Source of the DNA: an uncultured archaeon
Lineage (GTDB): Archaea; Asgardarchaeota; Thorarchaeia; Thorarchaeales; Thorarchaeaceae
Length of the DNA stretch: 64,000 bases
NCBI GenBank assembly: GCA_964473825.1
Contig: CAYYQL010000010.1
Location: 1-64,000 of the forward strand
Reading direction: 5' to 3'
Positions 18,531 to 27,605 of the stretch are shown here, in pieces. The notes beneath the pieces are model-generated. The model was not told the DNA's origin and made no database searches. It worked only from the letters and a program-made list of their open reading frames with translations. The position numbers and the translations under genes were made by a program. How positions within the stretch are numbered: the stretch's first letter is position 1; the number at the start of each line of letters is the position of its first letter.

Positions 18531-19190
18531 TCACCAAGGCTCTCTTGATGGTTTTGGGTTTGCGATTCTCATTATGATCAGCCCCACCACAAGGGTGATG
18601 AATGTGGGCCCCTCATAGAAGAGCTCCCTGAGGAACAATCCTGCTAGGTAGTTAGGGATGAGCATAATCACAACGGGGAGTTGACTGATTAGCCATGTTA
18701 AGACCACTCTCATCCAGCCTGTTTGGCCCTGACAATACTCAATCAGCTCATATACGTAGACGAGGTAGAATGCCAACAAGGTTAGTGACCATGCAAGGTT
18801 CGGCAAAGAAAGCAGGTAGAACCCCCAAGAATCTGTTCCAAACCAGAGAAACCAGAGGAAAGAAACTAGCTGCAGGTTGAAGAAGAACTCCATGGTCGAG
18901 ATATCTGTATAGCCTCGGTAAGATATTCCATACGGGGCCAGCGTGCCCAAGAGGGTCATCATCAGAAACACTGAGGTGACGTCGAGGTGTTTCGCAAACG
19001 TGGTTGGGATTCCGTGACCCTCTCTATCTCTTTGTTGAGAGATTGCTTTTTGCACGATGAAGGCGATACACACCAAGGAAACAAATGCGGTGAGGAGAAT
19101 CCATTCAGATGGGAATTCTATTGGAGGCGCCTCTCTGGGCGGTACTGCCTGAAGCAGCGTTTGGTCAGTCACCATCTCAAATAACGACAT
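18531..19190 (-). CDS. Multi-pass membrane protein
   Basis: About six hydrophobic helices. Confidence 0.7.
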   Translation of the reverse strand: MSLFEMVTDQTLLQAVPPREAPPIEFPSEWILLTAFVSLVCIAFIVQKAISQQRDREGHGIPTTFAKHLDVTSVFLMMTLLGTLAPYGISYRGYTDISTMEFFFNLQLVSFLWFLWFGTDSWGFYLLSLPNLAWSLTLLAFYLVYVYELIEYCQGQTGWMRVVLTWLISQLPVVIMLIPNYLAGLFLRELFYEGPTFITLVVGLIIMRIANPKPSREPW

Positions 19191-19550
19191 GCCTACTCAC
19201 CTTGTCGCCAAGTGACCGGCTATTCTTTAGTTTTCCGACATTTCAGACCCAACCTGTAGATTCGAGTATTCTAAGCGTCTGCGGACTATCCTGTCGAAGC
19301 CGGCTCTTGTAGCGGTATGTGCATAAATCCAAATGGCTTGTTTCTCACATGACGGCCCACATTGTTGCAGAAAACGCGAGATGGGCATTCTGTAGAGGGC
19401 TGCGGTAGTGAAATACCTCACTTTCATCTAAACAACTGTGTGCTATTGTGATGAAGCGTCGGACCCGTAAGTTCGATGAATTCTTATGCAAGGTGGGTAT
19501 AAGGTCGTACGGATGAGTTGCTCATCCGGTAACTAAGGGGGTTAACATTA

Positions 19551-20393
19551 TTGACCTTGCTAAGTAAATCAACTGCATCTGCAGTCACAATTGCACTAGC
19601 ATTATCGATTGCGCAATTCGGTCTTGTTGTGAACGTTACGAATGAGTATCAGCAGACTCCTCCACCAGAGGCGATGCGCATGCCTCCCATATCAGGAAGC
19701 GGCCTGAATGCAATGAATGAAACCCAAGGGTATCAAACATCTGATCCAGGCTTTTCGGCTCACTGGTGGAGAGGTACAATCTGTCCTTGGGCGATGGGGA
19801 CCACGGACTACCTTTGCACCACAATTAGAACCCCGGATGGTCTGCTTGGCAGCCAAGAGTTCTATTATGTCTTGATCTCTTGCTTCGATGACGCTGGTAG
19901 CTACAATCAAATCTGATTCTCAGCTTGCTATGGCCACTGGGGTCTTACGTGGAGTTGGACTACTCCCAATTGGGATGGTTCGATGCAGTATCACTATGAC
20001 GCCAGTGCAATCACTCTGTCCACAGACACCAGCTATATGTTTGAGATGTACTTGAACAACGGCTACCTCACATACAACCTTGTTGTGGGGGGATGGATAA
20101 ATTGGACCAAAACAGTATATACAGGCGGTAGTGAATTCCAGCTGACGGATACCTGGCATGTTGGCATTATTCCATGGACAGGCTGGTATTCTTGTTTCAC
20201 TCTCTATGAAGAGATATACGAAACCGATGCCCAGACACCAGACTTTAACTTCAGATTCCAGAGCACACAGACTGCGGGAGGTTATTGGGATAGCTGGAAT
20301 CATCTCTCTTCAGGAAACCCTCCAGCTGGCATTGGTGTGACTATTAGCACATCATATCACTATGTATGGATAACAAATCCTGATGCGTCCTGA
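19551..20393 (+). pseudogene. Secreted beta-rich protein interrupted by one in-frame TGA (19914-19916)
   Basis: ORFs 19551-19916 and 19983-20393 share a frame. Read-through gives YNQI*FSACYGHWGLTWSWTTPNWDGSMQY. Confidence 0.75.
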
Positions 20394-20413
20394 TTGTAGA
20401 TGGATTCCCTAGC

Positions 20414-20455
20414 GTTTCTGGAGCCAAAGACGCTCCAGAAACCTCCTTTTCTTTT
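20414..20455 (+). terminator. Perfect 11-bp hairpin plus pyrimidine tract
   Basis: GTTTCTGGAGC-caaagac-GCTCCAGAAAC, then ctccttttctttt. Confidence 0.55.
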
Positions 20456-20666
20456 GGAGCATCTGAGGACGAAAGGATTCGAAACGGACTTCGCTCCGAC
20501 GATAGGGGACTATGTGTCTGACTATTTCACCACGGAGGATGGCGAGAACGTCGAGTGGATCTATCTACTTCCCCAATTCGAGCTTAATGGGGACTACAAG
20601 CAAATGAACGAAGAGATCGATGAAATGTCCCTTCGGAAGGAGCTTCGACGCGAGCGAGAAGGCTGA
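20450..20666 (+). pseudogene. 5'-truncated third paralog of the acidic winged-helix family
   Basis: LLEHLRTKGFETDFAPTIGDYVSDYF...KELRREREG closely matches the C-terminal third of 15532-16122. Confidence 0.85.
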
Positions 20667-20809
20667 GTGTAGGCCACCCCACTGAATACTCCTAAGACTG
20701 CTCTTGCTCTGATAATTGTACTGCATTCTCACTCAAGTCTGGCTGGTCATACTATACTTCTGCACGGCACGTGCTCTATTAGGGATTCTAGAAGCATCCT
20801 GGAGAATGA

Positions 20810-21031
20810 CTAGTTCTCCCACTCGACGCCGAGGAAGGTCAGGGCTCCAAGGAGCATCACAATCAGCAATCCTTCTATGATACCTATCACCCTTACTACG
20901 TTCGATATTTGTGAGAGCTGAGAGGCATCCAAGGACTCTGTAATAATGCGTATGCTCAAGACAATATCGAATGTGAAGACCAAAAAGAGGGCGAAGAACA
21001 ACACAACACAGAGAAGTCTATCACGGTCCAT
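20810..21031 (-). CDS. Small 2-TM membrane protein
   Basis: Two hydrophobic helices; GGAGGTG Shine-Dalgarno upstream. Confidence 0.6.
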   Translation of the reverse strand: MDRDRLLCVVLFFALFLVFTFDIVLSIRIITESLDASQLSQISNVVRVIGIIEGLLIVMLLGALTFLGVEWEN

Positions 21032-21133
21032 CCTTATGTTTCACCTCCTCTGCCATATTAGGCCCCCTTGAGCTGTTTTGAATACACAGTCATCCGTCCA
21101 CTCCTACTACCCGATAGTGTCTCCAGATTGCAA

Positions 21134-21952
21134 CTAGAGTTTTCCACCGCAGTGCGGGCAGAAGGCCATTCCCCCCTCGATTCTTGCCGAGCAGAAGGGA
21201 CACTTGTTTCCCGCTCTCAGAGACTCCTCCGACCTGACAACCTGAATGGAAACATCTACCGTCTTGGTTGTCCGCAGAGAGTACCCGTTGTCGAACACAA
21301 CGAGCAGGGGTTCGCTCTTCGTACAGTGGTACTCGACATCTATCTCTCCCAGTTTCTCTTTGCTCCAATAGGATTTGTCTAGGTGAATAGTATCGGGGGT
21401 TTCGTACATCTTGCTGAGTATGTGAACATTGATATCATTGCCGCTTGTGACGCGCCCGAAGACTCGGATGACATCGCCTCTGTTAACGTTCACATCGATA
21501 GTTTCCAAATAGCCGGCGTCCACCTCGAAACTCTCACGCAAGGGCTCATCGCCTACTTCTAGTGGCGGGTGATCAACGCAGACATGCACATCGATTGCTT
21601 TCCATCTTGATTTTGCATGCATGTTATCTAGGAAGAGATAGTACACAGTACGACAATCAGCTGTGTGGGAGTGGTCTACGCTCGACACCTTCTCCTTGCT
21701 CCAAAGAACATCCTCCGTATTGAAGTCGAGAGTCTTCTTGCCAAGAATCGGTATCTTTTCGAGAGCTCCTCCTATCAGAGGGATACGTTTGATATCATCG
21801 GACTTGAGCAGATACGCACTGAAGTCATCACCGTCCTCTTCGGCTGCTCTGATGGTAATCTCAGTTCCTTCTCGGCAGGGTATCTCCACATAGTCCCAGT
21901 CGCCAGCTTCAAGATTCACAGTCTTACGGAGTTCTCCACCACGTACTTTCAA
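21134..21952 (-). CDS. Tandem GOLD/emp24-like beta-sandwich protein with a C-terminal zinc ribbon
   Basis: Two internal repeats ending YYLFLDNMHAKSRWKAIDV and LLVVFDNGYSLRTTKTVDV; CPFC...CPHC. Confidence 0.6.
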   Translation of the reverse strand: MKVRGGELRKTVNLEAGDWDYVEIPCREGTEITIRAAEEDGDDFSAYLLKSDDIKRIPLIGGALEKIPILGKKTLDFNTEDVLWSKEKVSSVDHSHTADCRTVYYLFLDNMHAKSRWKAIDVHVCVDHPPLEVGDEPLRESFEVDAGYLETIDVNVNRGDVIRVFGRVTSGNDINVHILSKMYETPDTIHLDKSYWSKEKLGEIDVEYHCTKSEPLLVVFDNGYSLRTTKTVDVSIQVVRSEESLRAGNKCPFCSARIEGGMAFCPHCGGKL

Positions 21953-22078
21953 CAGAATCTGACCTCCTTACCTACGAACCTAAGCGAGAGCTTTCACTAA
22001 AGTCTATCGGCAATCAGGATGTCTACCCGTATTGTAGGTTCTGAGTGTGCCTAGATGTTGTCTGCCACATTTTCTGAA

Positions 22079-22105
22079 GCTCAAGTCTGGCCGGTCCCGC
22101 CATCT
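22079..22105 (+). repeat. attR-like copy of the tRNA-Arg 3' end
   Basis: 22/27 identical to 8205-8231, including 14 exact bases. Confidence 0.75.
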
Positions 22106-22214
22106 TCTCTTAGAGCATTTTTTCCATGACGCATGCGAGAGGCTTAAATGCCTGACAATGTCGAACGGGAAGTTGCGATGGATTACGCATCCTGGATGTG
22201 CATATGCTTGAGGA

Positions 22215-23351
22215 ATGTATGAAATGCAGTTCACGCCACAAAGACTTGAACGGGTTCACCGGTCAATGGATCATGAAGGAGTAGAAGCCATCATAGCGAC
22301 GCGTCGGTCTGACGTGCAGTATATGACCGGCTACGAGAGCCCACATGACCACCTTCCGACGGGATGCCTAATTGTCAAGAATGAGAACCCCAAGCTCATA
22401 GTGTCCGAACTCCAGCGTGAGCTCCTTGTGGCCGAGTCGGTGATGGGACAAGTACTCACGTTTCAGGATGAGACCACAGAACGTTGGTACTCAACATACA
22501 CTCCTCAGTTCTGGAGGCGTATTGTGCAGGCTATACGTGACTCTGGGGTAGACAAGTCGGTAATCGGCCTTCAACATGACTGGCTCACCATAGATGAATT
22601 CGATTTGCTGAAGAGCTCCCTTCCCGGTGCTGGATTCAAGGACTATTCTCCAGCTCTATACAGGCTCAGACAGGTGAAGGATCACTCAGAGATAGATACC
22701 ATCCGCCGTGCAATCAGTGTGGCGGAGATTGGGATCAGAACCGCTCTCGAGATTGTGACCGCCGGAAAGACAGAGAGTGAGGCCTCGCTTGAGATTGAAG
22801 CAGCGATGCGTGGGGCTGGAGGTCAGCTGAGAGGCATCAGGGCTGCTGTACTCACAGGCTCACATGCGAGATATCCCTTTGCTCAACCCGGTGTCCAGCG
22901 GATCGAGGAGGACGACCTTGTGATCATTGATATCACTGTGAGCCATCTAGGTTACTTCGCAGAGATTGCGCGCACCGTCCATGCAGGATCCCCTTCTGAA
23001 GAGCAGTCTGCAGCATTCAATGGCATCTTAGGCCTGACAACAAGATTTGAGGATATTCTTGTTTCGGGAACTCCAGTGCGAGAAGTGGGCATGGCAATCC
23101 ATGACGAGTTCCAGAACTGCGGACTCTCATGGAATCTCTACAAGCCATACGGAAACTCAATCGGACTTGACCTGATCGAGCCTCCGTTTCTCATGCCAGA
23201 ATCTGAAGGCACTCTCAAGGAGGGCATGGTCCTATCGCTGACTCCCATGTGTGCTGACTCTGACGAGGGGGCTGTGAAGATATCTGATATGTATCTGATC
23301 ACAGAAAATGGTCCAGAGAATATGACCAATCTATCTCGTGAAACCATGTGA
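22215..23351 (+). CDS. Xaa-Pro aminopeptidase (M24B)-fold protein with degenerate metal ligands
   Basis: Creatinase-N domain plus pita-bread fold (LRQVKDHSEI, IIDIT, RTV). Confidence 0.85.
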   Translation: MYEMQFTPQRLERVHRSMDHEGVEAIIATRRSDVQYMTGYESPHDHLPTGCLIVKNENPKLIVSELQRELLVAESVMGQVLTFQDETTERWYSTYTPQFWRRIVQAIRDSGVDKSVIGLQHDWLTIDEFDLLKSSLPGAGFKDYSPALYRLRQVKDHSEIDTIRRAISVAEIGIRTALEIVTAGKTESEASLEIEAAMRGAGGQLRGIRAAVLTGSHARYPFAQPGVQRIEEDDLVIIDITVSHLGYFAEIARTVHAGSPSEEQSAAFNGILGLTTRFEDILVSGTPVREVGMAIHDEFQNCGLSWNLYKPYGNSIGLDLIEPPFLMPESEGTLKEGMVLSLTPMCADSDEGAVKISDMYLITENGPENMTNLSRETM

Positions 23352-23352
23352 C

Positions 23353-23877
23353 CTATACAGTTAGCTGCCAGGCCCTGAGTTTCTGGAACACCTGGGCGAT
23401 GATTTCCGCTCTATAGGTCTGTTTCTCCACTTCTTCACGAGAGAGTTCTCTCACCTGAGCTGCAGGGGCACCACTGTTGAGGCTTCTGGGCGGGATGACA
23501 ACATTGGCGGGCACGATACTTCCGGGTGTGAGTAATACCCCTTCTCCTAGCGTGGCACCATCGAACACAACACAGCCCTCTCCGATATTGGCAGCATCTC
23601 CCAGATATACACCATGAAGCACTGAAGCACTACCGATCACAGTCTTGCTACCAATGATGGCGGGGTTATCCTCCTCATGGGCATGGATAACAACGCTATC
23701 CTGAACACAGGTCTCTTCTCCTATTCTCACCGAAGCATAGTCGCCTCGGATGACAGCTCCAGGCCAGATGCTGGTTCTCTCACCTATTTCCACGTCTCCG
23801 ACAATGGTGGCCTGTGGACTTACGAATGCTGTTGAGTGAATACTTGGGTTCTTATCACCAAAGGGTAGTATGGGCAT
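23353..23877 (-). CDS. Gamma-carbonic anhydrase family (LbH) protein
   Basis: IVGDVEIG...IWPGAVIRGD...VQDSVVIH hexapeptide repeats. Confidence 0.88.
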   Translation of the reverse strand: MPILPFGDKNPSIHSTAFVSPQATIVGDVEIGERTSIWPGAVIRGDYASVRIGEETCVQDSVVIHAHEEDNPAIIGSKTVIGSASVLHGVYLGDAANIGEGCVVFDGATLGEGVLLTPGSIVPANVVIPPRSLNSGAPAAQVRELSREEVEKQTYRAEIIAQVFQKLRAWQLTV

Positions 23878-23953
23878 TATCTGTTCCTCCGAGTGGTCTG
23901 TTGTCTAGAAGACTGTCTTCTCGGATATAAACCATCATATAATATAGCCCGAG

Positions 23954-24331
23954 CTAGAGAAATTGCTCAATGACGAACTCATAATCTTCGGGCGCCCTCA
24001 AGCCAATGATTCGATCGGTTTCAATCCGCGATTCTTTTGGTCCTGGAATGTCAAACTTGACCCTGTTTCCCTTGTGATATACCAGCACACAGGGAATTGC
24101 AGAGATACGATTGCTGGAAGCAAAATCCCGATGCTCTTGAACGTCAATCTTCAGAAAGGCAATACCATCTCTATCCGAGTACTTCGACTCCAGCTCTTCC
24201 AGTATTGGCCCCAGTGTTCGACACGGTCCGCACCAGGGAGCCCAACAATCTACAATGACCAATTCCTTAGAATCTGCAATTCTTTGAATGTCGATGGGAG
24301 CAGCGTCCTTTACCAAGTCAATCACGCTCAC
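23954..24331 (-). CDS. trxA: Thioredoxin
   Basis: WAPWCGPC motif. Confidence 0.9.
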   Translation of the reverse strand: MSVIDLVKDAAPIDIQRIADSKELVIVDCWAPWCGPCRTLGPILEELESKYSDRDGIAFLKIDVQEHRDFASSNRISAIPCVLVYHKGNRVKFDIPGPKESRIETDRIIGLRAPEDYEFVIEQFL

Positions 24332-24432
24332 TGGCGCCAGTATGGTCGACGCCTATGAATGTAACTAGTGTGTCAGCAGAATAAGAAAAGAGGGAGGGAA
24401 CGTGGCCCTCCTAGTGTTCCACGTCTGTTCGA

Positions 24433-24798
24433 TTATGCCGTAGATTGAGCAAGCAGGTTCTCAACAAGCTCGCCGTAGACTTCTGGTGGCATGACTCCTA
24501 CGAGCTTGTCTGTCTTCTTTCCGCTTCCATCGTCGAAGACGACTCTCTGCCCATCAGTATAGACCAGAACACTTGGCACGCCTGTTATTCTATTCTCGGC
24601 GCTAAACTGTCGGTTCTGATCAACATCCAACTTGACTGCCTTGAAGCCCTTTTCAGAGTACTTTTCATGAAGCTCTTCCATAATCGGGGTAAGCATCTTG
24701 CAGGGTTGACACCAGACTGCGTGACAGTCCACAAAGACCACCTTGTTCTCAGCGATTACTTTCTCAAGTTCGTTTGCATTGATTTCTTCTACCATCAA
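24433..24798 (-). CDS. Thioredoxin (tandem paralog)
   Basis: AVWCQPC motif. Confidence 0.9.
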   Translation of the reverse strand: MMVEEINANELEKVIAENKVVFVDCHAVWCQPCKMLTPIMEELHEKYSEKGFKAVKLDVDQNRQFSAENRITGVPSVLVYTDGQRVVFDDGSGKKTDKLVGVMPPEVYGELVENLLAQSTA

Positions 24799-24917
24799 TC
24801 ATCATCTCCCGATTCTAACGGGCGGTTGTGTAAATTTTCTGCACACCCGTTAAAAGTATTGTGATGTATCATCATCATTGGGATGGGTCCTACTCGGGCG
24901 CAAGCCCCTTGTAAACC

Positions 24918-27593
24918 TTGATAAGAACCTCAGAAGACACTTGCTCGATTGATGTGCCAGTACTGCATTGTGCCAAATGTGGCTCAAAGCTTGATATATT
25001 CAAGAGCGGTGGTATATGGACAGTCCTCTGTCCATCGTGCAATGCAGAGATTTCCCTAGACGGCAGAAGAAACGATCTCTTTGATGCCTACGATGCGTAC
25101 ACCAAGGCAATCCAGAGTGGGTCTATAGGAACACCTCAATCTGGTGACCAGACTGTGAAAACCGAGGTCTCCACCTCTCAAGCGCCCAGAAAGAGGCGGG
25201 GTAGAAGTTCATCTTCCAAGGTGCAGTCGGTGGACAAGATTCGAGAGCTTGTATCTGAAGAAGGCGTTGGATTCAACGACCTTTCCGAACAGATCCGGAC
25301 ACTCCTCTCCGCCGGGAGGGACTACCTGGTTGCATACAAGTATTTTCCAACGAGCGAAGCAGAATATGGCGAGGATCTCGAGGAACTCAAGATTCCGACA
25401 CGACTCAAAGAGCATCTACTATCAAAGGGCATTGCGCGGTTGTACAATTTTCAGACTGAAGCCTACAACGCCATCCAGGATGGTGAGGATGTCGTCATTG
25501 CAGCTCCAACTGCCCAAGGTAAGACGGAAGCCTTCATACTCCCAATCATCAGGCTATTGTTGCTCGGTGCTCGGGAGTCTTTTGGAAATCCTGGCGTCCG
25601 AGCGCTCTTGATTTATCCAACAAAAGCTCTGGCAAGAGACCAATATGAGAAGATCCAGAGGATGTGCGAGGAGTCCACTCTCACAGTGGGTATCTTCGAC
25701 GGAGATGTCGGACAGAATGCAAGACGCAAGATCTATGCGCGGCCTCCTGATATCCTCCTGACGAATCCGGATGTACTGCACTATCATCTGGGATGGAATC
25801 GTTCTCGGCTGATACCGATCCTTCGCACAGTACAGTATGTTGTCTTGGATGAGATTCACCTCTATACTGGTTCCATGGGTTCGAATGTCTACTATATTCT
25901 CAGGCGTCTTGCTCTGGAGTCCGGTGAGTTTCAGAAGATTGGAGCATCTGCTACTGTTTCAAACCCCAAGGAATTTGCTGAACAGGTGTTCGATTCAGAT
26001 GTCAGACTGATTGAATCGGACAGCGCCAAGCGAGGTCCAATCCACTTCATGATGTACTATCCTGGTGAGCGAAGCAAGTACAGCATGATTGTTGATATTG
26101 TTGGAATGCTCCAGAGAGGCGGTTTCAAGACTCTTGTCTTCGGTAACACTCACTCAGAGGCCGAAGTACTGAACATGCTCATCAGCGAACAGGGAATGAG
26201 ATCCAGGGTCCATAGAGCAGGCCTTCCCAAGAAATACAGAAATGAAGTTGAAGAGCAGTTTCGTTCAGGCGACCTGTCGGTGATTGTATCTACACCCACT
26301 CTTGAGCTCGGTATTGACATCGGGGACCTTGATAGCGTTGTGAGTATGATTGTATCCATCACTCGCCTGACCCAGAGGATTGGACGTGCAGGGAGACAGG
26401 GCCAAGAGAGTGTTGCTGTTCTTGCCCTCAGAGAGAACGACCCAATCTCTTCTTTCTACAGACACAAACCCGAGAAGTACTTCACGGACATCGATGCGGC
26501 ATACATGGAGTCGGATAACGAAGTTGTGGGGTACTACCAGATCATTGCTGCAGCGATGAGTGGCAAGCTGACAGCTGATACCTTCCCTCGTCAGCGCAGG
26601 ATTCTTTCTCGCTTAGAAGACGAGGATATTGTTGAAGTATCGGAGGACGGAGCAGTCACTGTGATTGACCCTCAGAGAGCTCAGCGCGAGTGGCGGAGCT
26701 ACTCAATTCGGGGGATAGGTGACACCGTCCAGATCAAGTCCGGAAAGAAGACACTCGGCGAACGAAACATGCCTATGGCCGCCCAGGAGTTACACCCGGG
26801 CGCAATCTATCTGCACGGGGGCAAGAACTACAAATCGATTGAGTTTGACTACACAAAGGGACTGGGGCGTGCCACCGTTGTTCCTTACCGGGATCGGTCC
26901 ATCCACACACGACCCCTGTATAGTACGATGCCACGTATCGTCGAGGTTCATGAGGAACAGGACCTCCTCGGGCTTGGAGTGATATACTGTACGCTTGAGA
27001 TGACTCAGACGGTTGACGGTTATGTGACAAAAGCGACCCGTAGTGGTAGAGTAGTTTCACGCTCCCAGCTTGATTTTCCCCTCGAGTATAGCTATCTAAC
27101 TCGCGGCTTTGCCTTCAAATCTCCTGAGCCTGTAAAATCTGTTAACGAATACCTGGGAGGTTCACTCAGTCATCTAGCGGGCGATCGGATGGGTCCACCG
27201 GAGCTATATGGCGGAGCATTTCACGCATTTGAACATGTGTTGATTGAATCCAGCGATATGCTCACTGGGGGTAGCACGCGGGAGATTGGCGGTGTCTCTA
27301 TGGGCGATTCGGGAATCATCTTTGTCTATGATGGTAGCCCGGGCGGCAACGGTGCTTCCAAGCTTCTCTATGGTCGCCTCCGGGAGGCCTTTGAACGTAC
27401 CGAAACCATATTGGCGAAGTGTGATTGTAAGACCGTGGACGGTTGTCCTCTCTGTACTTATTCATATCAGTGCGGCAACAACAATAAACCGCTCTTTCGA
27501 TATGGCGCTCTTGATGCTGTGCGGCAAGTACTGGCTGGAACAGAGACGAGTGTTGATACGAAAGCCTACAGAAGGTATGAACCACTGGTCTAG
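24918..27593 (+). CDS. DEAD/DEAH helicase with DUF1998 Zn domain (Hrq1/YprA-like)
   Basis: APTAQGKT, YPTKALARDQ, DEIH, SAT, TLELGIDIG, QRIGRAGR; C-terminal CDC...GCPLC; N-terminal zinc ribbon. Confidence 0.9.
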   Translation: MIRTSEDTCSIDVPVLHCAKCGSKLDIFKSGGIWTVLCPSCNAEISLDGRRNDLFDAYDAYTKAIQSGSIGTPQSGDQTVKTEVSTSQAPRKRRGRSSSSKVQSVDKIRELVSEEGVGFNDLSEQIRTLLSAGRDYLVAYKYFPTSEAEYGEDLEELKIPTRLKEHLLSKGIARLYNFQTEAYNAIQDGEDVVIAAPTAQGKTEAFILPIIRLLLLGARESFGNPGVRALLIYPTKALARDQYEKIQRMCEESTLTVGIFDGDVGQNARRKIYARPPDILLTNPDVLHYHLGWNRSRLIPILRTVQYVVLDEIHLYTGSMGSNVYYILRRLALESGEFQKIGASATVSNPKEFAEQVFDSDVRLIESDSAKRGPIHFMMYYPGERSKYSMIVDIVGMLQRGGFKTLVFGNTHSEAEVLNMLISEQGMRSRVHRAGLPKKYRNEVEEQFRSGDLSVIVSTPTLELGIDIGDLDSVVSMIVSITRLTQRIGRAGRQGQESVAVLALRENDPISSFYRHKPEKYFTDIDAAYMESDNEVVGYYQIIAAAMSGKLTADTFPRQRRILSRLEDEDIVEVSEDGAVTVIDPQRAQREWRSYSIRGIGDTVQIKSGKKTLGERNMPMAAQELHPGAIYLHGGKNYKSIEFDYTKGLGRATVVPYRDRSIHTRPLYSTMPRIVEVHEEQDLLGLGVIYCTLEMTQTVDGYVTKATRSGRVVSRSQLDFPLEYSYLTRGFAFKSPEPVKSVNEYLGGSLSHLAGDRMGPPELYGGAFHAFEHVLIESSDMLTGGSTREIGGVSMGDSGIIFVYDGSPGGNGASKLLYGRLREAFERTETILAKCDCKTVDGCPLCTYSYQCGNNNKPLFRYGALDAVRQVLAGTETSVDTKAYRRYEPLV

Positions 27594-27605
27594 ATATTGA
27601 GGTGA

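Larger units (their letters stand above)
8218..22105. mobile_element. Genomic island integrated at the 3' end of tRNA-Arg (about 13.9 kb)
   Basis: 14-bp exact repeat cggtcccgccatct at 8218-8231 and 22092-22105, extending degenerately into the T-arm. Core genes resume at 22215. Confidence 0.75.

Noticed and set aside
20400-20449. N-terminus of the 88-aa ORF at 20400
   Set aside because: It reads through a terminator hairpin; homology to the paralogs begins only at about 20450.
24383-24411. Hairpin GGAGGG/CCCTCC between the thioredoxin genes (similar ones near 31070 and 57690)
   Set aside because: Ordinary terminator-like structures with no evidence of an ncRNA.
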